A program made the translations under genes and the position numbers. The notes beneath the pieces were generated by a model, which searched no databases, had not been told where the DNA came from, and saw nothing but the letters and a program-made list of their open reading frames with translations. DNA of 64,000 bases from a bacterium. Lineage in GTDB: Bacteria; SZUA-182; DTGQ01. Location of the stretch: assembly GCA_040752695.1 (NCBI GenBank), contig JBFMGO010000008.1, positions 26,184-90,183 on the forward strand. The letters are read 5' to 3'. Shown here in pieces: positions 8,573 through 17,906 of this stretch (its first letter is position 1; each line of letters begins with the position of its first letter).

Positions 8573-10549
8573 ATGAAGATTATAACTAAGTGTCTTGCTT
8601 TCAGTTTGATCCTTACGGTTGGTTTGCTGCTTTTGGGAATGGAGGTGAGCTCCGGCCAGATTGCTCCAGGCCAGCCAGCCCCGCTCTTTTCCTTGAAAGA
8701 TATCACGGGAAAGACCTATGATCTGGCCTCGATGAAAGAGCGGCCCATGGTCATTCTTTATTTTTTCGATGCAGAATCAAGGCCGAGCCAGGAAGGTATC
8801 CTGAGTCTTAATCAATTAGCCGGACAATACAAAGATTATGACCTCTATTCACTGGCCATTACCCTCTCCCCGCGGGAAAAGATCGATCAGTTCAGAAAAC
8901 AGACCGAGCTTGGCTTTCCCCTTATCCAGGACACAGCCGGTGTCAGCGATCTCTATCAAGCCAGGCTGATTTTGCCGACTGTTTGCATTACCGGGCCGGG
9001 CCTGCGGGTTCTTGACTACTTTCAGGGCGGGGGGAAAACAACCGAAGTGATGCTGGTCAGGGTGGCCGAGCGGGAACTGCAAAGGAAACATACTGCCCTG
9101 GCCAAAGCTATCAGCGCGGAAGTGGTGAAAAAGGACCCGAAAAATGTCAAGGCCAGGACAGTGACCGGTTATGCAGCTCTCAAGGAGGGGAATCTCAAAC
9201 AGGCGGAAGAGGTTTTCCAGAATCTGGCTGAAGGGAGCGGCCAGGCCGAGATACTCGGCAAAGAGGGACTGGCCAGCGTTCATGTTCAAAAGGGAGAAAC
9301 TGCAAAAGCCATCGAACTGGCCGCGGAAGTGGAGAAAAAGGCCCCTGACAGAGCCTATGTCCATGTCATCAAAGGAGATCTCCTCTACAGCCAGGATAAA
9401 AAGAAGGAGGCCGAGGCGGAATATCAAAAGGCCATGAAAAAGAAGGAATCCGAGTCCTATCAGGAAGCGGTCAAACATAACCAGCTCGGACGGCTGTACG
9501 CAAGTACGGGCCAGTACCAGAAGGCGCGGGAGCTCTACGATCAGGCCGTGGCCATCGATCCCTATTACATAGAGGGAACGACCAACAAGGGGATAACCTA
9601 CCAGAAAGAGGGCAATTGGGATAAGGCGCTGGAAGCCTTCCAGCAGGCTGTAGCTGTCGACAAGAGCGATACCTTTGCCCTGGTCCTGTCCAAAAAGGCC
9701 CAGGAGATGCTGGAATTCCAAAAAGACACCGAGCGGAAAAAACGCATGGACCAAATGGTGAAGGATCTGGCAGCCAGATTCCGCAGCCAGCAAGAGACCA
9801 GGCCAATAGACGAAGATACCTGGACTTCCCGGCCTATGATCCTCACCTTTGTCGATTTTCAGGAAAAGGGCGGCCTGGCCGAGCGGGATGGTTTCTCGAC
9901 CGTGCTGACCACTCAATTGAGTGATTATCTTACTGCCTCAGGGAGGGTTCAGGTGGTGGAGCGCGTTTTGATCGAGCGTCTCATGGAAGAGTTGAACCTT
10001 GGTTCCTCGGATCTGGCTGACCAGGAAACCGCTCTCAAACTTGGCAGGGTGCTGGCTGCCAAATTAATCGGGACCGGCTCTCTTTTCTACCTGCCCGGCG
10101 GGACTCTCCTGAGTCTTCGGCTCATCGATAGTGAAACCTCGGCCATTCCCCTGGTAATTACCAGGCAATGCAGCCTCCAGGTTTCTCTGGAGAAAGAACT
10201 CTACGCGCTGAACCGGCAGATCCTCAGGACAGTCATGGAAAAGTACCCCCTGCATGGTTATCTGGTAGAAATCACGGGTGATGAGGCTCTGGTTAACCTT
10301 GGCTCCAGACAGGGAGTGGTTATGGGTACCCTTTTTGAAGTACTGGAAGAAGGCAAGACAATCAAATACAAGGGAAAGACGCTCCGGAGCGCACCGAAAT
10401 CCATCGCTCAGGCTGAAGTTGTCCGGGTTGAGCCTGACCTGTGCTATGTCCGGATTCTCAGCAAGGAAAGACCCCTGAAAACCGATGACAAGGTTCAGGA
10501 GAAAATTGCCGAAGCTGCGGCTTTGGGAGGAAGCGATGAATCTGAATAA
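8573..10549 (+). CDS. Exported thioredoxin-fold + TPR + CsgG/HfaB(FlgO)-like + FlgT-C-like protein
   Basis: Signal peptide; AhpC/TSA-like start (PGQPAPLFSLKD) lacking CxxC; several TPRs; VQVVER..IERLMEELNLG..LAD..TALKLGRVL; VNLGSRQGV..G..FEV. Confidence 0.8.
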   Translation: MKIITKCLAFSLILTVGLLLLGMEVSSGQIAPGQPAPLFSLKDITGKTYDLASMKERPMVILYFFDAESRPSQEGILSLNQLAGQYKDYDLYSLAITLSPREKIDQFRKQTELGFPLIQDTAGVSDLYQARLILPTVCITGPGLRVLDYFQGGGKTTEVMLVRVAERELQRKHTALAKAISAEVVKKDPKNVKARTVTGYAALKEGNLKQAEEVFQNLAEGSGQAEILGKEGLASVHVQKGETAKAIELAAEVEKKAPDRAYVHVIKGDLLYSQDKKKEAEAEYQKAMKKKESESYQEAVKHNQLGRLYASTGQYQKARELYDQAVAIDPYYIEGTTNKGITYQKEGNWDKALEAFQQAVAVDKSDTFALVLSKKAQEMLEFQKDTERKKRMDQMVKDLAARFRSQQETRPIDEDTWTSRPMILTFVDFQEKGGLAERDGFSTVLTTQLSDYLTASGRVQVVERVLIERLMEELNLGSSDLADQETALKLGRVLAAKLIGTGSLFYLPGGTLLSLRLIDSETSAIPLVITRQCSLQVSLEKELYALNRQILRTVMEKYPLHGYLVEITGDEALVNLGSRQGVVMGTLFEVLEEGKTIKYKGKTLRSAPKSIAQAEVVRVEPDLCYVRILSKERPLKTDDKVQEKIAEAAALGGSDESE

Positions 10550-11114
10550 AAGAGTATGGGTGGTTGTTATTCTCCTTTTGCTCGGTATTTCTTCTGCGTC
10601 CTGTGGGCCTGGCCGCCAATCCATGCCCATTGCAAATGGCCTTGCTGCTGGAAAGGGCGCTGCGACTGAAAAGGGGAACGCGATCGAAAAGGGCATCACG
10701 ATTGAAAAAGGGACTGCGGCAGCGGTTTGGGATTTCGATGACTTAAGCCCCTCTGCCGGTGACCGGCCCCCGCTGGGAGAACTTCTCTCCGCTCAGGTCA
10801 TGGAAGTACTCGCATCGAGTGGGGATGTCGTAGTCATCGAGCGGGAGCGGCTGCATCTGGCCCTTGAGGAACTCAAGCTGGGAACGACCTCGCTGGCAGA
10901 TGAGGCCACGCGCTTACAGCTTGGCAGACTGGCGGGAGCCCGGTTGATGGTCTTTGGAGCCTACCAGTCGATAGCCGGTACGATGCGCCTCGATCTGCGG
11001 CTGGTTGAGGTGGAAACAGGCAGGGTGCTCAAGGCAGTCAAAAGGGCAGCTTCGTCCGCTGATTTTTCCGCATGGCTTAAGGCCGCCCGGGAGGCCGCTG
11101 CCGACTTGCTGTAA
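10536..11114 (+). CDS. CsgG/HfaB-family lipoprotein
   Basis: ATG at 10536 overlaps the upstream gene end; lipobox-like SASC; AVWDFD, VIERERL..ALEELKLG, LGRLAGA and LRLVEVETG motifs. Confidence 0.8.
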   Translation: MNLNKRVWVVVILLLLGISSASCGPGRQSMPIANGLAAGKGAATEKGNAIEKGITIEKGTAAAVWDFDDLSPSAGDRPPLGELLSAQVMEVLASSGDVVVIERERLHLALEELKLGTTSLADEATRLQLGRLAGARLMVFGAYQSIAGTMRLDLRLVEVETGRVLKAVKRAASSADFSAWLKAAREAAADLL

Positions 11115-11158
11115 CTAGCTGTAACTAATGCCTTGTCACCTCTATCTTGAGGGGTAAC

Positions 11159-11186
11159 CTGGATTCCCGTTTTCGCGGGAATGACG
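11159..11186 (-). repeat. CGTC-type REP / dRS3-like palindrome
   Basis: Minus strand CGTCATTCCCGCGAAAACGGGAATCCAG = ATTCCC-N8-GGGAAT, between convergent genes. Confidence 0.8.
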
Positions 11187-11287
11187 TAGGGATGGATCCC
11201 ACGGATCATTATTTTACCCATCAATTGGGGCTTGCTAGGGTTTGCGGAAAAAACAAGCCGGTCGATGATGTCTAAAGTTGATGATGT

Positions 11288-12469
11288 CTAAAATAGAGCG
11301 GTCAGCAGCGCGGTGAGAGAAATCCCTTCATAATCGCGGTCATTCTGATTCAGGACAAACCCCTTGACCAGAACATCCGCGTCGAAGCGGGAACTTATCT
11401 GTCTACTCGCACCGACTCCCAGAGAGAATTTTTGCTTCTTCCCTTGATACAGGGGGTCTTGGGAGGGATAGTCGTTCTCGTCCGCCCACAGAAATTCCAC
11501 CTGAGGTTTGAGAGAAGTCCGGGTGTTTAGTGCATATCGGTAGGAAAGACCGGCTATCCATTCGCTGCCGTGGCTGTTTTTATCTTCGGTCGAAAGGGCC
11601 GGAGTATAAGCCGCTCCTTCGGCTAATTTGCTTTTTCCCCGCAGGATGCTTTGCAGGTTGGCGCTCACATCCCACGCGCTCTGGTTATAGGTTATTCCCA
11701 GCCCCAGGAGAAAGAAATCCCCCTCCTGAAACGAATCTTTTCCTTTTACCGTATCTTTGCTGAAATAAGCATAGTCGGTGAAAAAGCGGGCCTGATAACG
11801 GCTGAGGAAATCGTATCTCAATTGTGCCGTGAAATTGAGAATGTCACCTGGATCATATTCTTTGAGCGTTGAGCAATAGTCGTACTTGCCCCGGAAGACA
11901 TAGCCGAGCCCAAAGCCATAAGCCCAATTCTCCCACTCTCTGGCCAGGGAAACAGTCGGGTTGAGGTTCAGACCCTCTCCAAAGCTGGTAACCGAAACAA
12001 GATCCTGTCCTTCAAGGAGAACCAGATCCTCTTCCTTCAGGCTGGTCCGGCCTGTAGGTAAATTGAGATCCAGGCCGAGAAGAAGATCGAAGGGCAGAGG
12101 CAATTGGCCGGAAACCGGGTAGGCGAAATTGAGCTTCGTGTCGAGGCTGGTGGCCAGAGACCGTGTTCCTCCACCTGAGAGCGTAAACTGGGTGTTGGCA
12201 AATCCTGCTAAAATATCAATGGAGAAATCCGAAAAGGTAAGCCCGATTTTGACCGGGAGAGTGAACTGATACCCTTTGGTCGCTTCTTTTGGCTGGTCAT
12301 CAGCCGGGCTATGGCCGCTGCTGGTAAACCAGTCGAACGTAAGGCCCGTTCGGGCCTCGATCTCGGCTGCCGAACATATCCATGTATTGGTATTCCGGGC
12401 CGTATTCAGAACGATAGCCGTACCCAGGATAACAGCCGACAAAACCATGATGAGCCGGTATCTTTTCAC
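11288..12469 (-). CDS. Probable outer-membrane beta-barrel protein
   Basis: Signal peptide, alternating aromatic/hydrophobic strands, C-terminal Phe. Confidence 0.7.
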   Translation of the reverse strand: MKRYRLIMVLSAVILGTAIVLNTARNTNTWICSAAEIEARTGLTFDWFTSSGHSPADDQPKEATKGYQFTLPVKIGLTFSDFSIDILAGFANTQFTLSGGGTRSLATSLDTKLNFAYPVSGQLPLPFDLLLGLDLNLPTGRTSLKEEDLVLLEGQDLVSVTSFGEGLNLNPTVSLAREWENWAYGFGLGYVFRGKYDYCSTLKEYDPGDILNFTAQLRYDFLSRYQARFFTDYAYFSKDTVKGKDSFQEGDFFLLGLGITYNQSAWDVSANLQSILRGKSKLAEGAAYTPALSTEDKNSHGSEWIAGLSYRYALNTRTSLKPQVEFLWADENDYPSQDPLYQGKKQKFSLGVGASRQISSRFDADVLVKGFVLNQNDRDYEGISLTALLTALF

Positions 12470-12537
12470 AGCTTTTTATACTCCTTATATCATAAGTTTC
12501 GACGATATCATGAACTTGCAGAAATATCATACATCCT

Positions 12538-13524
12538 TTAGGGAAATTCGACAGGCGGAAATTCAACAGGATTAGTTTGACCGGGGCCATTTCCACTGCT
12601 TCTGACACCCGCTCGTTCTGCCCGTTTTATCACGTCTTCGGGCGTCAGTTGATCGGTGAGTGAAGTCTGATCCTTGATTGAGCGAAGGAAAGAATCACTG
12701 CTCTTCGCACGGGGGACCAGGCCAAGGTCCTGCAACTCTAAAAGAGACTCACGGGCACGACTGATCCCAGGGTCTGTTTTCAACGCCTGTTTATAAAATC
12801 TTGCCGCTTTGCGGTAATCCCCGCTGTCACTGGCTGCAATGCCCTGGAAAAAGGCCATGGCAGCTTTTATACTCGTGGTCAATGGCCTTTGTATCCTTTT
12901 TTCTTCCTCAGGAGTAAGTTCAACCATTAAAAAGGTAAGGATATCGGAAACAAGCTCTTTCTCCAAATCGAATAATCCGGCCAGATCACCTTCAGCGATC
13001 TTTTGTTTCAGAATTTCGGCGGTTGGAACATCCAAAAAGAGCGCCTTGATCTGCATCGCATGAGTTTGTCCATTCTGGAGATCTCCACCGATCAGGTGCT
13101 GCGCGCCCAATAATTTTCCGATCCGGGGGGCTTGATCCATATCCACAAGCCCGGACTTCCCAAGCTCCATTTCATCCACGAGCGCCTGGAGCTTAACCCT
13201 TTCCACAACCTGGATACTCTCGACCTGGGAAAGATCGGTAATGAGCATCAGGGCCAGCCCTTTTTGCAAGGGGTCCAGTTCCTGTTTTCCCGTCGTGTTC
13301 CGGAACGAGAGAACAGCAAGGGTATTGGACGCACCAGGTGCCCCAAGGCCCTTTTCTCCGGCCAGAACACTCTTGGCCCATGCTCTGTCTTCGTTCGTAA
13401 TTACCTGCCCAGCCCACGAGGATGAGAAAGAGGCAAGAATAATCCAAACCACGATACCGTAAAACAGGACATCAATACCGTAAAACAGGACATCGTATAA
13501 AGAGATAGATAACCGTCTATTCAT
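12538..13524 (-). CDS. CsgG/HfaB-family protein with TPR
   Basis: LAVLSFRN, LQKGLALMLITDL, VVERVKLQALVDEMELG, IGKLLGA; C-terminal TPR (AARFYKQALKTDP). Confidence 0.8.
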   Translation of the reverse strand: MNRRLSISLYDVLFYGIDVLFYGIVVWIILASFSSSWAGQVITNEDRAWAKSVLAGEKGLGAPGASNTLAVLSFRNTTGKQELDPLQKGLALMLITDLSQVESIQVVERVKLQALVDEMELGKSGLVDMDQAPRIGKLLGAQHLIGGDLQNGQTHAMQIKALFLDVPTAEILKQKIAEGDLAGLFDLEKELVSDILTFLMVELTPEEEKRIQRPLTTSIKAAMAFFQGIAASDSGDYRKAARFYKQALKTDPGISRARESLLELQDLGLVPRAKSSDSFLRSIKDQTSLTDQLTPEDVIKRAERAGVRSSGNGPGQTNPVEFPPVEFP

Positions 13525-16500
13525 TTTGCCTGCCCCGGCATGTGATTACCAGCCCCGCCATGAGATTCAGATACCTTCGCACTGAACTGCTGAAACAGCC
13601 TCCTCGCACTGAATTGATAAAACAGCCCCCTCCGGAAGAACCGGACTTACCCGGTATCTGGTCATCCTTGTACATGCTAATGTCTTCTTCGGGAGTTTCA
13701 GCACCGAGGGCATACACCAGGCCATCGCTGCTGCCGATATAGATCAGGCCGTTCTTTATGGCAGCAGAGGAAGCGACCCGGCCTCCGGTTTGATATCTCC
13801 ATTTCAGATTGCCGTTCTGTGGTGAAAGGGCATAAATCCATCCGTCGTTACTCCCTATGTAGACCGTGCCATCAGCCCCAATGGCTGGCGAAGACCAGAC
13901 ACTGCCTTCGGTCTGGTATCTCCATTTCACCCGGTCATTGGGGTCGGTGGCACCCGGATCGAGGGCATAGACACTGCCATTATCACTTCCCACATAGACC
14001 GTGCCGTCAGCCCCTATGGCCGGGGAGGAATCGATATCTCCGCACGTTCGATAGCTCCACTTCAGGCTGCCGTTGGGATCGAGGGCGTAGATACTGTTAT
14101 TGCTGCTGCCTATGTAGACCGTACCATCATTTCCTATGGCCGGTGAAGAGTAGAATCCGCCATTCACCTGAAATTTCCATTTCAGGCGGGTTGCGGGGTC
14201 TAAATCAATGCCTGATTTCAGTGCATAGACTATGCCGCCAGTACTTCCGACGTAGAGCGTACTGTCATCATTTCCTATGGCCGGTGAAGAGTAAACCTCA
14301 CCTTGTGCCTGATAATTCCATTTCATGGTACCGTTCGGATCGATGGCATATATCCTGCCAGACTCGCTGCCAACGTAAATCGTACCATCAGCCCCGAGAG
14401 CCGGAGAGGAGAATACATCGTCCATATCCGTGTTCATCGGTTGGCTATCACTGGCAGTATCGCTGATGACAGCAGGCGGGAAAATCCATCTCAGGCTGCC
14501 ATTTTCAGGTCTGAGGGCATAAATCCTGCCATCATTACTACCCGCATAGACAGTGCCGTCAGCCCCTATGGCCGGCGAGGAACAGACCTCGCCGCCGGTT
14601 TGACAGCTCCACTGCAGGTTGCCATCCGGATGAATAGCATATATTCTCTGATCGTCGCTGCCGATATAGATCGTTCCGTCAACACCGATAGCTGCCGAGG
14701 ACTCGACCGGACCTTCCGTCTTGAACTTCCATTGAAGAGTATTGACCTGCGCACCAGAGTATGGGCTCTGGCCGGTATGCCGGGCATCATGCCCCCGGCA
14801 TGGCCAGGCACTGTTGGCCAGTCCGCCCTCCGGCTCCAGCCTGGTATAGGTTTCTGTGGCTGTATCACTGGGTATCCATTCGCTTTTGAATCCTCTGGCC
14901 GCGATAGTGGTTGTATCGTTTAGAACCAGGGGAGCGGTATAAACCTCTGAATTTTCATCCGGCTCACTTCCATCGGTGGTGTAGTGGATAGTAACATCGG
15001 GAGTATCGCAACTGATTGAAACCGTTATTGATTCAGTGAAGCTGCCAGATACGGGGGATAATGAGGGCGTGGCTACTTTTTCCGGTGCAGGTGTATATGT
15101 ATAGATTTCTATTGCCGTATCACTCGGTATCCATCCGCTTTTGAATCCCCTGGCCTCGATAGTGGCGGTACCGGTTAGTTGGATGGGAGCGGTATAAACC
15201 GGTGAATTTTCATCCGGCTCACTTTCATCGGTGGTGTAGTGGATAGTAACATCGGGAGTATCGCAACTGATTGAAACCGTTATTGATTCAGTGAAGCTGC
15301 CAGATACGGGGGATAATGAGGGCGTGGCTACTTTACCTGCAAAGGCATAGACAGAGCCATCAGAACTTGCGATATAAACCGTGCCGTCAGCCCCTATGGC
15401 AGGCGAGGAAACAATCCCTCCGGTCTGGTAGCTCCATTTCAGACTGCCGTTCGGATCAAGAGCAATGACCTCGCCGCTTTGACTCAGAGAACTTCCGAAA
15501 TAAACCGTGCCATCAGCCCCTATGGCAGGTGCGGAAACGATCTCGCCCCCGGTCTGGTAACTCCATTTCGGATTGCCGTTCGGATCGAGAGCAGCGAGAT
15601 TATTCCCGGACATGCCGATATACATCGTGCCGTCAGTCCCTATGGCAAGTGAGGAAAAGGTCCCATACCCGTCCAGGAAGTGGTCCCATTTCAGAACGCC
15701 ATTAGGATCGACAGCATAAAGATCCCCACCTTCGCCGTAAGACCTTGCAACATAAATTGTGCCGTCTGCCCCGAGAGCCGGAGAGGAAACGGTCTCATTC
15801 CCTGCAAGATAATAGCTCCATTTCAGGCTGCCATTCGGATCGAGAGCAGTGAGATTGCTATCAGAACCCACGATATAAATCGTACCGTCAGCCCCTATGG
15901 CCGGTGAAGACCAGGTCAACCCGATTTCAAGCGGGTAGCTCCATCTAACGTTGCCATTCGGATCAAGAACATAGAATTTGTCATACAGGCCTCCGACATA
16001 AATGGTGCCATCAGCCCCTATAACGGGCGAAGAATCGATCCCGTTCCCGGTCAGATAGCTCCATTTCTTGCTGCCGTTCGGATTGAGGGCATAGAGATTG
16101 TGGTCCAGACTTCCGACATAAATGGTGCCATCAGCCCCTATGGCCGGGGAGGAAACAACCCCGCCTCCGATGGTCTGGTAGCTCCATTTCTTGCTGCCAT
16201 TCGGATCGAGAGCGAAGACCTCGCCGGTTTCACCGTAAGAAATTCCGATATACATGGTGCCATCAACCCCTATGGCCGGCGAGGACCAAACCCCGCTCCC
16301 GGTCTGATAACTCCACTTCAGGGTATTGGTTTGCGCTCCAAGGTATGGACTTTGACCGGTATGCCGCACATCATGCCCCAGGCATGGCCAGGCACTATTG
16401 GCTAATCCGCCTGACTGGGCAGAGCTTACTGCCGGTGCGTACATGAATGTACCGAAAAATACAAGGATAACCAGGAGAAGAGAGCATAAGGGATAAGAGT

Positions 16501-16549
16501 ATACAGAAAAGAAGAGACTCCTGGGACGGAAACAAGAAACTTTCTTCAT
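13517..16549 (-). CDS. Large surface protein: two PQQ-like beta-propeller blocks, two Fn3-associated/CHB_HEX_C domains, GGGCFI-type C-terminal motif
   Basis: Many SSPAIGADGTxYxGS...YALDP.G.LKW repeats; two VATPSLSP..IHYTTDGSEP units; C-terminal SGGGCFINS. The likely start is ATG 16549 (GAGGA RBS) rather than TTG 16603. Confidence 0.85.
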   Translation of the reverse strand: MKKVSCFRPRSLFFSVYSYPLCSLLLVILVFFGTFMYAPAVSSAQSGGLANSAWPCLGHDVRHTGQSPYLGAQTNTLKWSYQTGSGVWSSPAIGVDGTMYIGISYGETGEVFALDPNGSKKWSYQTIGGGVVSSPAIGADGTIYVGSLDHNLYALNPNGSKKWSYLTGNGIDSSPVIGADGTIYVGGLYDKFYVLDPNGNVRWSYPLEIGLTWSSPAIGADGTIYIVGSDSNLTALDPNGSLKWSYYLAGNETVSSPALGADGTIYVARSYGEGGDLYAVDPNGVLKWDHFLDGYGTFSSLAIGTDGTMYIGMSGNNLAALDPNGNPKWSYQTGGEIVSAPAIGADGTVYFGSSLSQSGEVIALDPNGSLKWSYQTGGIVSSPAIGADGTVYIASSDGSVYAFAGKVATPSLSPVSGSFTESITVSISCDTPDVTIHYTTDESEPDENSPVYTAPIQLTGTATIEARGFKSGWIPSDTAIEIYTYTPAPEKVATPSLSPVSGSFTESITVSISCDTPDVTIHYTTDGSEPDENSEVYTAPLVLNDTTTIAARGFKSEWIPSDTATETYTRLEPEGGLANSAWPCRGHDARHTGQSPYSGAQVNTLQWKFKTEGPVESSAAIGVDGTIYIGSDDQRIYAIHPDGNLQWSCQTGGEVCSSPAIGADGTVYAGSNDGRIYALRPENGSLRWIFPPAVISDTASDSQPMNTDMDDVFSSPALGADGTIYVGSESGRIYAIDPNGTMKWNYQAQGEVYSSPAIGNDDSTLYVGSTGGIVYALKSGIDLDPATRLKWKFQVNGGFYSSPAIGNDGTVYIGSSNNSIYALDPNGSLKWSYRTCGDIDSSPAIGADGTVYVGSDNGSVYALDPGATDPNDRVKWRYQTEGSVWSSPAIGADGTVYIGSNDGWIYALSPQNGNLKWRYQTGGRVASSAAIKNGLIYIGSSDGLVYALGAETPEEDISMYKDDQIPGKSGSSGGGCFINSVRGGCFSSSVRRYLNLMAGLVITCRGRQNE
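14860..15334. repeat. 255-bp-period near-identical direct repeat encoding the two Fn3-associated domains
   Basis: 14951-15079 and ~15206-15334 differ at only about one position by eye; the flanking parts are more diverged. Confidence 0.9.
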
Positions 16550-16712
16550 AACAGCATCCTCATGAGAATTGGCCTGTGATTCACAGACTCTATTTTCATC
16601 CAAGCGTACCTTTCAAGGAATGAAACGAAGGCTTTTTTCCTTCCAAAATGAATAGCGATATTTTTAATGGTGATATTTCCAAGCGGTATGATACCAGGAC
16701 ACGGATGGCGGG

Positions 16713-16922
16713 TTACTCGGTCAAAACAATCACATCCTCTGCCTGCAAGCCTTTCTTTCCCTGTTTCAATTTATACTCAACCCGGTCACCTTCGTTCAGC
16801 CAGCGAGCCTCAAGGAGACCACTATGGTGGACAAAGATATCTTTCCCATAATCAGGGGTGATAAAACCAAAGCCCTTATCTTTATTAAACCACTTGACGG
16901 TACCAGTCTCGCGTTTTTCCAC
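16713..16922 (-). CDS. csp: Cold-shock protein
   Basis: GTVKWFN..KGFGFI (RNP1) and DIFVHHS (RNP2). Confidence 0.95.
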   Translation of the reverse strand: MEKRETGTVKWFNKDKGFGFITPDYGKDIFVHHSGLLEARWLNEGDRVEYKLKQGKKGLQAEDVIVLTE

Positions 16923-17093
16923 GCTTTTCTATCCTTTCCGATTAAAATAATCGATAAATTAATGGTTAAGAATATTCTATTCCAAAAGCACGGTCTTTTG
17001 CAATAAAAAACGCTGAGGTTTGATTGGCAAGAACCTTCATATTCCTTCGTCTTGCGAATTCCCTGTCATATCATTCTTCTCATTCTTCCGCTC

Positions 17094-17639
17094 TCAGAAT
17101 AAGCAGTACACTCCTATCAGGATGAACAATACCCCGGCAACAATGGAGATTATTCTCTTGTCCAGTCTGCTCAGGAGATATTTCCCCAGGTATACTGCGA
17201 TAAGGGATAAAACAGCCAAAGCAGTAATGACGCCAAGGAAGACCATGAAGGGATTGTATTTTGCAGCGAACAGAGCGGAAGCGATCTGGGTCTTGTCACC
17301 CATTTCAGAGAGCAGCACGATTCCAAGTCCTGATAAGAAGGGATTCTTGAGCCTGCATTCAGATTCCTCCTCCTTCCTGCTGGCAAGGGTCAGTATTCCA
17401 AATAGGATAAATACAGCACCGGAGATGATCCTGATATACCGTATAGGGATAAGATTGGCTATGAAATCGCCGAAAATGACAGCCAGGCCGTCAGCGATAA
17501 TAAAGGCTGCTATCACACCGGATAAGAGCTGAAAATATTTTTTGGTGTTGGACGCCAGGCAGAAGATTGCCAGTTGGGTTTTGTCACCTAATTCAGCTAT
17601 TCCGATCGTTAAGAAAGGTATGATAAAGTCTTTGAGCAT
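17094..17639 (-). CDS. TMEM165/GDT1 (UPF0016) Mn2+/Ca2+ transporter
   Basis: Two E-x-G-D-K-T-Q motifs (ELGDKTQ, EMGDKTQ); 6 TM segments. Confidence 0.95.
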   Translation of the reverse strand: MLKDFIIPFLTIGIAELGDKTQLAIFCLASNTKKYFQLLSGVIAAFIIADGLAVIFGDFIANLIPIRYIRIISGAVFILFGILTLASRKEEESECRLKNPFLSGLGIVLLSEMGDKTQIASALFAAKYNPFMVFLGVITALAVLSLIAVYLGKYLLSRLDKRIISIVAGVLFILIGVYCLF

Positions 17640-17705
17640 GGTGCGTATACTCTCGCCATCAGCTATCAGCTACCCGCTATCAGCCATCAGATTGATCTGC
17701 TTACC

Positions 17706-17722
17706 TGGATTATGATAATCCA
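17706..17722. promoter_or_regulatory. Palindromic Fur-box-like operator upstream of the GDT1 gene
   Basis: tggattat-g-ataatcca is a perfect palindrome; GATTATGATAATC differs at one position from the first 13 nt of the Fur consensus. Confidence 0.4.
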
Positions 17723-17906
17723 TTAGGCTTGAAAAGGAAAGGAAAAACAAAGGAAGCCATAGAACAGGCCACTCTGGGGCCGGCCATGCGCCTTTAGAGC
17801 CCCGGCGAGATCCTCCGGGTGACACTTTCATGGAAAGGAGACAGGGTGTCAGGGAAAAACCATAGCATTGTCACAAGCCTGCATCACGAGCCTGAGAACC
17901 GCTCGT

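Noticed and set aside
8849..9916. 355-aa minus-strand ORF
   Set aside because: Antisense shadow of the TPR/CsgG gene with no motifs.
8573..13524. Curli biogenesis locus
   Set aside because: Only CsgG-like domains are present; no csgA/B/E/F or curlin repeats.
17740..17905. yybP-ykoY Mn riboswitch upstream of GDT1
   Set aside because: Consensus elements were not found on the coding strand by eye.
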